A stretch of DNA of 64,000 bases from positions 53 through 64,052 of the forward strand of contig JAGCWW010000060.1 of the NCBI GenBank assembly GCA_017961685.1. The letters run 5' to 3'. Source of the DNA: Acholeplasmatales bacterium (GTDB taxonomy: Bacteria; Bacillota_I; Bacilli_A; Acholeplasmatales; JAEDCM01). Of this stretch, positions 19,224 to 29,592 are shown one piece after another (the first letter of the stretch is position 1; each line of letters begins with the position of its first letter). A program made the position numbers and the translations under genes. The notes beneath the pieces were generated by a model that searched no databases, was not told the origin of the DNA, and saw only the letters and a program-made list of their open reading frames with translations.

Positions 19224-19487
19224 TTAGTTTAATGAGTTAACTAATTTAGCAAGTTGTGATTTATTTCTAGCAACAAAGTTAGCGTGTACAAGTCCTTTTT
19301 GTTGAGCCTTATCTAACTTCTTGAAAGCAAATGTTAAAGCAGTAGTAGCTTCAGCCTTATTTCCTTCTTTAACAGCAGCTTCAACAGCTTTGATAGCAGT
19401 CTTCATAGATGACTTGAATGAGTTGTTGCATAATCTTCTCTTTTCGTTTGTCTTGATTCTCTTTGCTTGTTGTTTGATATTAGCCAT
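19224..19487 (-). CDS. rpsT: 30S ribosomal protein S20
   Basis: MANIKQQAKRIKTNEKRR... Start moved to ATG 19487 behind GGAGGTGAA. Confidence 0.95.
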   Translation of the reverse strand: MANIKQQAKRIKTNEKRRLCNNSFKSSMKTAIKAVEAAVKEGNKAEATTALTFAFKKLDKAQQKGLVHANFVARNKSQLAKLVNSLN

Positions 19488-19558
19488 GCTATTCACCTCC
19501 GGCACTAGTTATATTATACTAAAATGAATTATTAAATGCAATAATAAATTTTTTATTA

Positions 19559-20179
19559 TTAACTAAATACTGTGTTATCAGTTGTGTACTCACTAAATGA
19601 GAATGCATAATATGCATATTCAGTCTCACTATATCCTGCATCTCCCTTAGAAGTATCAGGTAATTTTCTTACATAAGAAACCTTTGCATATACTATTGGA
19701 TGACTTACCTTTACAAATGGTAAAACCTTAATAGGATAAGTTGTAGGGAAGTTTATTTGTGCTTCAGCAGTGAAGAAGCCAGTACTTGATTTAGTGATGG
19801 CATTTCCTGAATTTATTTTATGTTCTGAATCATTTGTATAATCACCTTTACTTGTCCAGTTATTGTGTAATTCAAAAGTAACAGTAACATCTCTAATTTG
19901 TGATGTTGTTTTTACTTCTCCAACCTCAGCAACTAAAGTAATTGATCCATCCCATTTAATTTTTGATGCATAACAATTAAATGTGAAATAATCGCTTTTA
20001 TTAGTGATTTTTACATTTTTATCATTCCTAAAAGCTTTAGGCTTATTATTTACGTATGTTAAGATGTAAATTAAGAAAATCATTATTATTAAGCCAACTA
20101 AAATTAATCCAGCAAAAATAAATAATTTATATTTTCTTAAAAACTCGGTAAAGTTTAATTTTTCTGTTTTTTCAGCCAT
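19559..20179 (-). CDS. Hypothetical N-terminally membrane-anchored protein with beta-rich extracytoplasmic domain
   Basis: One TM (LFIFAGLILVGLIIMIFLIYILTYV) then Thr/Ser/Tyr-rich sequence. No motif recognised. Start at MAEK behind GGGTGAGAA. Confidence 0.5.
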   Translation of the reverse strand: MAEKTEKLNFTEFLRKYKLFIFAGLILVGLIIMIFLIYILTYVNNKPKAFRNDKNVKITNKSDYFTFNCYASKIKWDGSITLVAEVGEVKTTSQIRDVTVTFELHNNWTSKGDYTNDSEHKINSGNAITKSSTGFFTAEAQINFPTTYPIKVLPFVKVSHPIVYAKVSYVRKLPDTSKGDAGYSETEYAYYAFSFSEYTTDNTVFS

Positions 20180-20295
20180 TGTTCTCACCCATTTAGATTT
20201 TATAATAAATATTATAAACATTCAATATTTTTTTATTAAATTGTATGAATATGAAAATAAATATGATATAATCATATTGTTGAGAGGTGTTTGTT

Positions 20296-20910
20296 ATGAA
20301 TTTACCTAACAAATTAACATTACTAAGGATTCTAATCGTACCTGTTATGATTATTCTTTTTTACATTCCTTGGTTAAAAGAAAATTATTTGTTTAGTTAT
20401 GAAATAGATGGACATATTCATGGTGTAACATGGTTATATTTCATTGAATTATTATTATTTGCGATTGCATCTATTACTGATTTATTAGATGGAAAAATCG
20501 CTAGAAGTAGAGGATTAGTAACAAACTTTGGTAAGTTTGCAGATCCACTAGCTGATAAGATTTTAGTATTCTCAGCAATGGCTTTATTAATGCTTGATGG
20601 TTCTGGTTTACTTCCTAAAGGACCACTAGTACCTTTATGGGTATTTGTTGTAATGTTAATTAGAGAATTTGCAGTATCAGGCTTAAGAATGATAGCCGCA
20701 AGAAAAGGCGAAACAATTGCTGCTGGTAAGGCTGGCAAATGGAAAACAGCAGTTACAATGGTTGCTATTATCGTTTTATTCTTAGGTGGATTACATGATG
20801 CTGTAATTTACGCGGGACAAGTTCTAATTTATATTTCAGCTATTTTAACTATTATTTCAGGAGTTGAATACTTTATAAAGGGTAAAGATTTCTTGAAAGA
20901 AAGTGAATAA
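20296..20910 (+). CDS. pgsA: CDP-diacylglycerol--glycerol-3-phosphate 3-phosphatidyltransferase
   Basis: CDP-alcohol phosphotransferase motif DLLDGKIARSRGLVTNFGKFADPLADK. Confidence 0.93.
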   Translation: MNLPNKLTLLRILIVPVMIILFYIPWLKENYLFSYEIDGHIHGVTWLYFIELLLFAIASITDLLDGKIARSRGLVTNFGKFADPLADKILVFSAMALLMLDGSGLLPKGPLVPLWVFVVMLIREFAVSGLRMIAARKGETIAAGKAGKWKTAVTMVAIIVLFLGGLHDAVIYAGQVLIYISAILTIISGVEYFIKGKDFLKESE

Positions 20911-21042
20911 TTTTATAAAAATTGATTAAAAATACTTAATCATTTATTATAAAATAAATGTTTTTGAAAAATAACGTGATTTTTAAAGAAAAATTATGTA
21001 CTAATAAATATTTGCGCTATATTGAAGTTGAGGAGTGATGAA

Positions 21043-22029
21043 ATGGATAAAAGAGAAGAAGCTTTAAAAGAAGCTATAAAACAAATAGAAAAACAATTTG
21101 GTAAGGGAGCCATTATGACTCTTGGTGAAGATTCTGTAAGTGGAGTTGAAGCTGTTCCGAGTGGATCAATTGCCTTAGATGCAGCACTTGGTATTGGTGG
21201 ATATCCTAAAGGAAGAATCATTGAAATCTTTGGACCAGAATCATCTGGTAAAACAACTATTGCCTTAACTGCAATTGCATCTGTGCAAAAAGCAGGAGGA
21301 ACTGCCGCATTTATTGATGCTGAGCATGCCCTAGATCCTGCTTATGCTAAAAATATTGGTGTAAATGTTGAAGATTTATTAATTTCTCAACCTGATACAG
21401 GCGAACAAGGTTTAAATATCGCAACAGCCCTAGTTAAATCTGGTGCTATTGATATTATTGTTATTGACTCAGTTGCAGCTTTAGTTCCTGAAGCTGAAAT
21501 TAATGGTGATATGGGAGATTCTCATGTAGGCTTACAAGCAAGATTAATGAGTCAAGCAATGCGTATGATGAGTGGTGCAATTAGCCAAACAAACACATTA
21601 GTAATATTCATTAACCAATTAAGAGAAAAGGTTGGTGTAATGTTTGGAAATCCAGAAACTACAACAGGTGGTAGAGCACTAAAATTCTATGCATCAGTTA
21701 GAATTGATGTTAGAAAAGGTGATTGGATTAAAAATGGTAGTGATGTAATTGGTGCTAAGACTAACCTTAAGATTGTTAAGAATAAAGTTGCATCTCCATT
21801 TAAGAGTGCATCAGTTGATATTATCTTTGGTAAGGGCTTATCTAAATATGGTGAAATCACTGATATAGCTGTAGATAATGACATTTTAACTAAATCAGGT
21901 GCTTGGTTTAGCTATAATGGTGAAAAGATTGCTCAAGGTAGAGATAACGCAGTTAAATATCTAGAAAACAATCCAGATATTGCAAATGAAATTGAAGCAA
22001 AGATAAGAGAAAAATTAGGTGTTAAATAA
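21043..22029 (+). CDS. recA: Recombinase A
   Basis: [10 protein letters not shown], Walker [10 protein letters not shown], full RecA core. ATG behind GAGGAG. Confidence 0.97.
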   Translation: MDKREEALKEAIKQIEKQFGKGAIMTLGEDSVSGVEAVPSGSIALDAALGIGGYPKGRIIEIFGPESSGKTTIALTAIASVQKAGGTAAFIDAEHALDPAYAKNIGVNVEDLLISQPDTGEQGLNIATALVKSGAIDIIVIDSVAALVPEAEINGDMGDSHVGLQARLMSQAMRMMSGAISQTNTLVIFINQLREKVGVMFGNPETTTGGRALKFYASVRIDVRKGDWIKNGSDVIGAKTNLKIVKNKVASPFKSASVDIIFGKGLSKYGEITDIAVDNDILTKSGAWFSYNGEKIAQGRDNAVKYLENNPDIANEIEAKIREKLGVK

Positions 22030-22057
22030 CACCTTTTTTGTATTTAAGGTGAATTAT

Positions 22058-22555
22058 ATGAAAGCTTTATTTTTGGATAGAGATGGTGTAATAAACATCG
22101 ATAAAAACTATGTTTATAAAATTGAAGATTTCGAGTTTATTGATGACATTTTTAAAGTATGTAAATATTATCAAGATAAAGGCTATTTAATTATTGTGGT
22201 TACAAATCAAACAGGAATAGGGTTAAACCTTTATACTTTAGATGATTTCTTAACTGTTAATGATTTTATGATTAAAGGTTTTAAGGATCATGGAGTTGTA
22301 GTTGATGATGTTTTTTATTGTCCACATAATCCAAATTTAAACTGTGAATGTAGGAAACCTAAACCTAAATTATTCTTTATTGCGAAAGCAAAATATAACA
22401 TTGATTTAAATGAATCAATCATGATTGGTGATAAAATAACAGATGCGCAAGCTGCGCATAATGCAGGAATAAAAGAAATATATTTAATTAATAACGATCA
22501 AGAATTTGATTTTGATTGTAATAGAATAAAATCTCTTTTGGAGGTTATAAAATGA
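22058..22555 (+). CDS. HAD-IIIA phosphatase, GmhB-like (D,D-heptose 1,7-bisphosphate phosphatase family)
   Basis: FLDRDGVIN catalytic motif, VTNQ, zinc motif YCPHNPNLNCECRKP, GDKITD. Confidence 0.65.
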   Translation: MKALFLDRDGVINIDKNYVYKIEDFEFIDDIFKVCKYYQDKGYLIIVVTNQTGIGLNLYTLDDFLTVNDFMIKGFKDHGVVVDDVFYCPHNPNLNCECRKPKPKLFFIAKAKYNIDLNESIMIGDKITDAQAAHNAGIKEIYLINNDQEFDFDCNRIKSLLEVIK

Positions 22556-23823
22556 AATATTTTGGGACAGATGGAATAAGAGGAAAAGCATATAGTGAAT
22601 TAACACTTGATCTAGCTAAAAAGGTTGGATCATCTTTATGCTTGCTTGGAATTAAAAAAGTATTTGTAGGTTGTGATACTAGAGAATCATCTGATGATAT
22701 TAAAAATAGTGTTATTGAAGGTGCTATTGAATTTGGTTTAGATGTTTATGATTATGGAGTGCTACCTACACCAGCTTTAATTTTAGAAAGCTATTATGGT
22801 AAGGCACTTGGTGTAATGATTACAGCTAGTCATAATCCTTATCATGATAATGGTATAAAAGTAATTAAATGTGGATTTAAAATTGAAGATAGAGAAAAAC
22901 AAATGATTGAAGACTATATTGATGGCATTTTAGATTTTGCTCATCCAATTAATGGTTCACTTACTCAAGCTGAAACTACTTATCTAGATTTCTTAAGCAA
23001 ATATATTCTTAGAACTAAATTAAATATTGTAGTAGATGCGGCTAATGGAGCTACATCAAATTATGTTCAAATATTAGATAAAATGGCTACTGTAAAATAT
23101 ATTTCAAATGAACCAAATGGTAAGAACATAAATGAAAACTGTGGAGCTACACACCTTGAAAACATAAAGAAGCATATTAAAGGTTTTGATTTAGGTATCG
23201 CTTTTGATGGTGATGGAGATAGAATCATGGTTGTAGATGACTCTGGTAACACAGTTGATGGAGATAAATTAATATATTTATTTGCAAAATGGTTTAAAAA
23301 ACATGATTTACTAAAAAAAGATATGGTTGTTTTAACAGTTATGTCTAATTTAGGTATTATTAATGCACTAGAAGATATAAATATTAAAACTACTTTAACA
23401 AATGTAGGAGATCAAAATGTTTTAGAATGCATGATTAAAAATGAATATAACCTAGGTGGAGAAAATTCAGGCCATATTATTACACCATTTACATTTACAG
23501 GTGATGGTTTATTTAATTCGATTATATTACTAACTATTATAAGTGAAGAGGATAAGAAATTATCAGAATTAGTTAATAGTATTGAAATGTATCCATATAA
23601 AATGGTTAATATTAAAGTTACTGATAAATCAATTATTGATAATGATGCAATAAAAGAAAAAGTTAAAAAATATGAAGAAAGTTTTTCTAAATATGGTAAA
23701 ATTATTTTAAGAGCAAGCGGTACAGAACCTCTAATTAGAGTTACTGTAATGCACAAAGATAGTAAAATTATGGAAGATTGTCTTAATGATTTAGTATCAT
23801 TAATAAATAAGGATGTGAAATAA
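22552..23823 (+). CDS. glmM: Phosphoglucosamine mutase (alpha-D-phosphohexomutase family)
   Basis: YFGTDGIRG, active-site TASHNPYHDNGIK, metal site FDGDGDR, sugar loop GGENSGH. Overlaps the upstream gene by 4 nt. Confidence 0.8.
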   Translation: MKYFGTDGIRGKAYSELTLDLAKKVGSSLCLLGIKKVFVGCDTRESSDDIKNSVIEGAIEFGLDVYDYGVLPTPALILESYYGKALGVMITASHNPYHDNGIKVIKCGFKIEDREKQMIEDYIDGILDFAHPINGSLTQAETTYLDFLSKYILRTKLNIVVDAANGATSNYVQILDKMATVKYISNEPNGKNINENCGATHLENIKKHIKGFDLGIAFDGDGDRIMVVDDSGNTVDGDKLIYLFAKWFKKHDLLKKDMVVLTVMSNLGIINALEDINIKTTLTNVGDQNVLECMIKNEYNLGGENSGHIITPFTFTGDGLFNSIILLTIISEEDKKLSELVNSIEMYPYKMVNIKVTDKSIIDNDAIKEKVKKYEESFSKYGKIILRASGTEPLIRVTVMHKDSKIMEDCLNDLVSLINKDVK

Positions 23824-23824
23824 A

Positions 23825-25159
23825 ATGATTAATGCGATTATTCTTGCTGCTGGCAAGGGTGAAAGAATGAAAAGTGATGTTCCTAAATGTGCCTTCCCTA
23901 TTTTAAAGAAGCCAATGATTAATTATATTCTTGATACTTTAAAGAAAACTAAGGTAGATAATAGAGTAATTGTTGTAGGTCATAAAAAAGAAGTATTCTT
24001 TGAAATGCTAAAGGATGAGGAATTTGCTATTCAAGAAAATCAACTAGGTACAGCTGATGCTGTTAAATGCGCAATTAGTAAACTTAAAGATGGTATAACA
24101 ATTGTCTTACCTGGTGATACACCTTTAATTAGTAATTTATTAATCAATAAACTACTTGATTTACAACTAAAAGATAATAATGATATGACTTTATGTACTA
24201 TGATTGTTGAAAATCCATTTGGTTATGGAAGAATCATTAGAGAAAATAATAAGATTAAGCATATCGTTGAAGAAAAAGAAGCAACAAAAGAAATTAAAGA
24301 AATCAAAGAAGTAAATACTGGTATTATGGTATTTAATAATGAATTCTTAAAGAAAGCTATTAAAAAAATAGATAATAATAACTCTAAGGGTGAATATTAT
24401 TTAACTGATATCATTAATTTTGCTAAAGATATTTCAAGCTATACTTTAGATGATCCTAATATGTTAATGGGAATTAATGATTTAAATGCTTTAAATATTA
24501 TTGAAGAAAAACTAGAAAAAGAAATAAAGAAGAACTTAATCAATAGTGGTGTATATATTATAAATAAGGATAGCGTAACTATTGGACCTGATGTAGAGAT
24601 TGCTCCAGGTGTTACAATTTATCCAAATTCCTTTATCATGGGTAAAACTAAAATAGAAAAGAATGCTATAATTGGTCCATCTACAGAATTATACAATGCC
24701 ACAATTAATGAAAATGTCTTATGTAGACAATCAGTAGTATATGATTCAACAATTCTAAAAGATGCAACTGTTGGACCATTCGCTCATATAAGAATGAATA
24801 CGATAGTTGGTGAAAAGGATAGAATTGGTAACTTTGTTGAAGTTAAAAATTCTATACTTGGAGTAAATACAAAAGCTAGTCACTTATCATATCTTGGTGA
24901 TAGTGAAATTGGTAATAATGTAAATATTGGTTGTGGATCTATTACTGTTAATTATGATGGTAAGAAGAAGAGTAAAACAATTATTGGAAATAATGTATTT
25001 GTTGGATGTAATTCAAATTTAATTGCTCCAATTACTATTGAAGATGATTCTTTTATTGCTGCTGGTAGTACCATTACTGATAATGTAGAAAAAGAAGATT
25101 TAGCTATTGCTAGAAGTAAACAAATTAATAAAAAAGGATATGCAAGAAAGTATAAGTAG
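23825..25159 (+). CDS. glmU: Bifunctional UDP-N-acetylglucosamine pyrophosphorylase / GlcN-1-P acetyltransferase
   Basis: N-terminal ILAAGKGERMKS nucleotidyltransferase motif plus C-terminal left-handed beta-helix hexapeptide repeats. Confidence 0.85.
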   Translation: MINAIILAAGKGERMKSDVPKCAFPILKKPMINYILDTLKKTKVDNRVIVVGHKKEVFFEMLKDEEFAIQENQLGTADAVKCAISKLKDGITIVLPGDTPLISNLLINKLLDLQLKDNNDMTLCTMIVENPFGYGRIIRENNKIKHIVEEKEATKEIKEIKEVNTGIMVFNNEFLKKAIKKIDNNNSKGEYYLTDIINFAKDISSYTLDDPNMLMGINDLNALNIIEEKLEKEIKKNLINSGVYIINKDSVTIGPDVEIAPGVTIYPNSFIMGKTKIEKNAIIGPSTELYNATINENVLCRQSVVYDSTILKDATVGPFAHIRMNTIVGEKDRIGNFVEVKNSILGVNTKASHLSYLGDSEIGNNVNIGCGSITVNYDGKKKSKTIIGNNVFVGCNSNLIAPITIEDDSFIAAGSTITDNVEKEDLAIARSKQINKKGYARKYK

Positions 25160-25209
25160 CTTTCTTGCTTTTTTCTTTGAAAAAGAGTTTCAAATCTATT
25201 TTGTAAGCG

Positions 25210-25238
25210 TTGACTTAATTTTAAAATTAATATATAAT
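25210..25238 (+). promoter_or_regulatory. Near-consensus sigma-A promoter for rny
   Basis: TTGACT (25210-25215), 17-nt spacer, TATAAT (25233-25238). Lies downstream of the glmU terminator hairpin GCAAGAAAG...CTTTCTTGC. Confidence 0.6.
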
Positions 25239-25340
25239 TATTATGTGAGATTAATCGTGTATCACATTAAAAATAGTGATATATGTTAAAATAAAGCCAT
25301 TTTTTAGGGCTCACAAATAAATATCGGAGGAAATGATAAA

Positions 25341-26936
25341 ATGATTTATGCGACAAGCAGTGAAGGCATTGTAACTATCGCAATCGTTGCTATCGTTTCA
25401 ATTTTACTTGGAGGAATTGCCGGTCTAATCGGAGGTTACTTTTTCAGAGTTAAACAAAGAGAAGGTAGCTTAAAGAAGACTGAAGAAGAATGTAAAAATT
25501 TAGTTGAAAACGCCAAAAAAGAGGGCGACAAAGCCAAAAAAGAGATGGTGCTTGAAGCTAAACAAGAAATTTTTTCGTTAAAAAAAGAGGCTGAAAAAGA
25601 AGTTAAAGCAAGAAAAACTGAAGTTTCAGAAATGGAAAACAAGCTTAATCAAAGAGAAGAACAAATCAATAAGCGTGTATCTAATCTTGATAAGCGTGAA
25701 GAATTATTAAACAGCAAAGAGAATAAACTTGACGAAAAGAAAAATGAAATTGAAGAAACAAAGAGTAAAATTGACGATGTTCTTAAGAAGCAAGAAGCGA
25801 AGTTAATTGAAATTTCTAATGTTTCAGTAGATGAAGCAAAAGAAATGATTATGAGCAAAGTTAGAGAGGATATGAGTAATGAGATTGCACTTTATATCCG
25901 TGATGAAGAAGAAAAAGCAAAAGCAGATGTTGAATCAAGAGCAAAGAATATGCTTGCTTTAGCAATCCAAAAATATGCTAGTGATACTACTAGTGAAAAG
26001 ACAGTAAGTGTTGTAGGCTTACCAAGTGATGAAATGAAAGGTAGAATAATTGGTAGAGAAGGTAGAAACATTCGTACTATTGAAGCCTTAACAGGTGTTG
26101 ATTTAATAGTAGATGATACTCCAGAAGCAGTAGTTCTATCTGGTTTCGATCCAGTAAGAAGAGAAATCGCTAGAAAAGCACTAGAAACATTAGTATCTGA
26201 TGGAAGAATCCATCCAGGTAGAATCGAAGAAATTGTTGAAAGATCACGTTTAGAAGTTGAATCTTTCATGCGTGAAAAAGGTGAAGAAGCCGTATTTACA
26301 GCGAATATCGGTAGAGTTCATCCAGACTTAGTTAAATTATTAGGTAGATTATATTATAGAACTAGTTTCGGTCAAAACGTATTAAGCCACTCAATTGAAA
26401 CAGCATTCTTAGCTGCTAAATTAGCTGCTGAAATTGGTGAAAATGAAGTATTAGCTAGACGTGCTGGTTTACTTCATGATATCGGTAAAGCAGTTGACCA
26501 TGAAATTGAAGGTTCACACGTTGAAATTGGTGCAAATCTTGCTAAGAAATACCATGAACCAAAAGAAGTAATAGATGCTATTGAATCACATCATGGCGAT
26601 AAAGAACCAGAAAGTATTATTGCGGTATTAGTTGCAGCAGCTGATGCTCTATCAGCAGCAAGACCAGGAGCGAGATCAGAATCATTAGAAAACTACATTA
26701 AGCGTCTAGAACAACTAGAAGCTATCTCTAATAACGTTAAGGGTGTTGCATCTACATATGCAATTCAAGCTGGACGTGAAATAAGAGTTATTGTTAAACC
26801 AGATGAAGTTGATGACTTATCAACATTCAAGGTAGCTAGAGAAATCAAAGAAGAAATTGAAAAGACTTTAAGCTATCCAGGTACTATTAAAGTAACTGTT
26901 GTTAGAGAAACAAGAGCAGTTGATATTGCTAAATAA
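25341..26936 (+). CDS. rny: Ribonuclease Y
   Basis: N-terminal TM, K/E-rich coiled coil, KH domain ([12 protein letters not shown]), HD domain (LLHDIGKA). Confidence 0.97.
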   Translation: MIYATSSEGIVTIAIVAIVSILLGGIAGLIGGYFFRVKQREGSLKKTEEECKNLVENAKKEGDKAKKEMVLEAKQEIFSLKKEAEKEVKARKTEVSEMENKLNQREEQINKRVSNLDKREELLNSKENKLDEKKNEIEETKSKIDDVLKKQEAKLIEISNVSVDEAKEMIMSKVREDMSNEIALYIRDEEEKAKADVESRAKNMLALAIQKYASDTTSEKTVSVVGLPSDEMKGRIIGREGRNIRTIEALTGVDLIVDDTPEAVVLSGFDPVRREIARKALETLVSDGRIHPGRIEEIVERSRLEVESFMREKGEEAVFTANIGRVHPDLVKLLGRLYYRTSFGQNVLSHSIETAFLAAKLAAEIGENEVLARRAGLLHDIGKAVDHEIEGSHVEIGANLAKKYHEPKEVIDAIESHHGDKEPESIIAVLVAAADALSAARPGARSESLENYIKRLEQLEAISNNVKGVASTYAIQAGREIRVIVKPDEVDDLSTFKVAREIKEEIEKTLSYPGTIKVTVVRETRAVDIAK

Positions 26937-26971
26937 GAGCCGTTTGGCTCTTTTTGCTATAAGGAGGATAT

Positions 26972-27730
26972 ATGAGAGTTTTATTTGTTGGAGATGTTTA
27001 TGGTGAAGATGGTGTAAGTTTCCTTGCTAAAAACATTGATGAGATTAAAAAACAATATAAAATTAATATCGTTATAGTTAATGGTGAAAATGCTAGTGGC
27101 GGTAAAGGAATCACTAAGAAAATCTATAAAGACTTTATGAAAATGGGTGTATCTTGTATAACTATGGGTAATCATTCATTTTCAAATAAGGAAATAGATG
27201 AATTATTAGAGGATGGTTCAAACATTTGTATTCCAGCAAATTACCCAGCAAATACGAAAAATGGCTATATTACGATAAAATATAACAATGAAACTATTAC
27301 TGTAATTAATTTATTGGGTAGAGTTTATATGAATATACCTCTAGATTGTCCATTTAAGAAGGCTAAAGAAATTATAGATAATGTTAAATCAGATTATTAC
27401 ATTGTTGATATGCATGCAGAAGCAACAAGTGAGAAAAAAGCACTAGGATATTATCTTGATGGTATAAATGGTGCGGTACTTGGTACACATACACACGTAC
27501 CTACATGTGATGAAGCAATTCTTGAAAAAGGTACATTTTATATCACTGATGTAGGTATGACAGGACCGCTAGATGGAGTTATTGGAGTAGAAAAAGAATT
27601 AATCATTCAAAAATTCTTAGATGGTAGACAAGTTAAAAACGTATGTGCTAAAGGAAGAATGCAGTTAAATGCTGTGGTTATTGACTTTGATAATAAGAAA
27701 ATAAGTAGAATTAATATAAAAGAAAAATAA
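26972..27730 (+). CDS. ymdB: YmdB-family metallophosphoesterase (2',3'-cyclic-nucleotide 2'-phosphodiesterase)
   Basis: MRVLFVGDVYG, VNGENASGGKGIT, DMHAEATSEK. Conserved rny-ymdB adjacency. Confidence 0.9.
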   Translation: MRVLFVGDVYGEDGVSFLAKNIDEIKKQYKINIVIVNGENASGGKGITKKIYKDFMKMGVSCITMGNHSFSNKEIDELLEDGSNICIPANYPANTKNGYITIKYNNETITVINLLGRVYMNIPLDCPFKKAKEIIDNVKSDYYIVDMHAEATSEKKALGYYLDGINGAVLGTHTHVPTCDEAILEKGTFYITDVGMTGPLDGVIGVEKELIIQKFLDGRQVKNVCAKGRMQLNAVVIDFDNKKISRINIKEK

Positions 27731-27795
27731 CACCATAAAAAAATATGGTGTTTTCTTTAATTATTATGTATAATAATAAAGAAGGGATTGATTTT

Positions 27796-29214
27796 ATGGA
27801 TTTTAATAGACCCAATTTACAAAAAGCAAGAAAAAGAACTGATAAATCTATTGATATTATTAACTTTAAACTAGATGATAAATATAAAGATTTAGGTTTA
27901 AATAAGAAATATAATGTCATTACTTTTGGATGTCAAGGTAATGAGGCTGATAGTGAAGTAATGTCAGGTATTCTAGAAATGATGGGTTTTACTCATTCAG
28001 AAAAGGAAGATGCTGATGTTTTAATTATAAATACTTGCGCTATTAGAGAAAATGCTGAAGATAGATTTTATGGTACAGTTGGAGGCTTAAAGGCTTTAAA
28101 ACAAAAAAAGAAAGATATGATTATTTGCATTTGTGGTTGTATGGCTCAAGAAGAAAAAACAATCACAAAGATTTTAGAAAAATATCCTCAAATTGATGTT
28201 GTATTTGGAACACATAATATTCATATGTTACCTGAATATATTTATAAACAAATGGAAACTAATAAACGCGTTATAGAGGTTTATTCAGAAGAAGGTAATA
28301 TTATTGAAAAGCTTCCACATATAAGATTATCTAATAAAAAAGCTTGGGTTAATATTATGTTTGGTTGTGATGAATTCTGTACTTACTGTATAGTTCCTTA
28401 TACTAGAGGTAAAGAAAGATCACGTAGACCTCAAGAAATTATTAGAGAAGTTGAAGACTTAGTAAAAAATGGGTACTTAGAAGTAACACTTTTAGGTCAA
28501 AACGTTAATGCATATGGTAAAGATTTTAAAGATATAGATTATACATTCTCTAACCTTTTACTTGATTTAAGTGATACAGGAATCAAAAGAATTAGATATA
28601 CTACAAGTCATCCTAGAGACTTAGATGAAGCAACAATGAAGGCAATGCAAAGAGAAAACATTATGCCACACTTACACTTACCTGTACAATCAGGAAGTAA
28701 TGCAGTATTAAAGAAAATGAATAGAAAGTATACTCATGAAGAATACTTAGAAAAGATAAAGAGATTAAAAGAATTAAACCCTGGTATCTCTATTACAACA
28801 GATATCATTGTAGCCTTCCCAACAGAAACAGAAGAAGACTTTTTAGAGACTTTAAAGTTATGTGAAGAGGTAGATTATGAAGGTGCATTTACTTTCATTT
28901 ACTCGCCTAGAGAAGGTACACCAGCTGCTAAGTATGAAAATAATATAACAGATGAAGAGGCTCATAGAAGACTAGATATTTTACATGATAAGATCAATGC
29001 TGGATACTTAAAAGGTAATAAAAGATTTGAAGGGAAGATTGTAAAAGTATTAGTTGATGGCACTTCTAAAAACGATCCAAATACTCTTTGTGGATATTCA
29101 GAACACAATAAATTAGTTAATTTTAAAGGTAATGTAAACGCTATAGGAACAATAGTAAATGTAAAGATTACAGAAGCTAAAACATGGTTCTTAATAGGTG
29201 AACAAGTTGAGTAA
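27796..29214 (+). CDS. miaB: tRNA-i6A37 methylthiotransferase MiaB
   Basis: UPF0004 domain (TFGCQGNEADSE), radical SAM GCDEFCTYCIVPYTRG, C-terminal TRAM. ATG 27796 behind GAAGGGA. Confidence 0.9.
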   Translation: MDFNRPNLQKARKRTDKSIDIINFKLDDKYKDLGLNKKYNVITFGCQGNEADSEVMSGILEMMGFTHSEKEDADVLIINTCAIRENAEDRFYGTVGGLKALKQKKKDMIICICGCMAQEEKTITKILEKYPQIDVVFGTHNIHMLPEYIYKQMETNKRVIEVYSEEGNIIEKLPHIRLSNKKAWVNIMFGCDEFCTYCIVPYTRGKERSRRPQEIIREVEDLVKNGYLEVTLLGQNVNAYGKDFKDIDYTFSNLLLDLSDTGIKRIRYTTSHPRDLDEATMKAMQRENIMPHLHLPVQSGSNAVLKKMNRKYTHEEYLEKIKRLKELNPGISITTDIIVAFPTETEEDFLETLKLCEEVDYEGAFTFIYSPREGTPAAKYENNITDEEAHRRLDILHDKINAGYLKGNKRFEGKIVKVLVDGTSKNDPNTLCGYSEHNKLVNFKGNVNAIGTIVNVKITEAKTWFLIGEQVE

Positions 29215-29464
29215 AATAGCAAGTATATTATCTAATGACGAAATTGTTAGAAGATACATCGAATTAAGGCGTATTATTACCTCAAATGATGAATATATGG
29301 CTCTTCTAAAAAGCGAATTATCCCTTAATAACGCGAATATTGAGAGTTTTGAAGCAGTAAATATAATCAATGAGTATTTGGAACTAGAAAAAATCATTAA
29401 AAACGACCTAGATATGATTTCAAACATCATAAATGATGGTATAAATGTTAATTTTTTAGCGTAA
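29198..29464 (+). CDS. Short YmcA/YlbF-family protein (RicA-like)
   Basis: Position immediately after miaB, as for B. subtilis ymcA. Helical pattern IASILSNDEIVRRYIELRRII...VNIINEYLELEKIIKNDL parallels YmcA. GTG/TTG start uncertain. Confidence 0.5.
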   Translation: MNKLSKIASILSNDEIVRRYIELRRIITSNDEYMALLKSELSLNNANIESFEAVNIINEYLELEKIIKNDLDMISNIINDGINVNFLA

Positions 29465-29520
29465 ATTGACAAAATTAGTTAAAAAATAGCAAAAAAAGTG
29501 ATAAAAAATGGCTAAACTAC

Positions 29521-29549
29521 TTGAAATACTATAAATAATGCTGTAAAAT
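29521..29549 (+). promoter_or_regulatory. Putative sigma-A promoter for the 29593 gene
   Basis: TTGAAA, 17-nt spacer, TAAAAT. Confidence 0.4.
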
Positions 29550-29592
29550 ATTAAAGTAGATATCTAATAAAAAACATATGGAGGTATTGATT

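Noticed and set aside
20911-21042. Looked for a LexA/Cheo SOS box (CGAACnnnnGTTCG) upstream of recA
   Set aside because: No GAAC...GTTC element is visible in the intergenic region. Absence by eye is not proof, so no claim is made about SOS regulation.
25107-25289. 60-aa ORF spanning the glmU 3' end and the rny promoter region
   Set aside because: It crosses a terminator hairpin and a consensus promoter and has no RBS.
25436-26269. Three minus-strand ORFs (68, 69 and 125 aa) antisense to rny
   Set aside because: They are shadow frames of the K/E-rich RNase Y coiled-coil region, with Ser/Leu/Phe-rich low-complexity translations and no start context.
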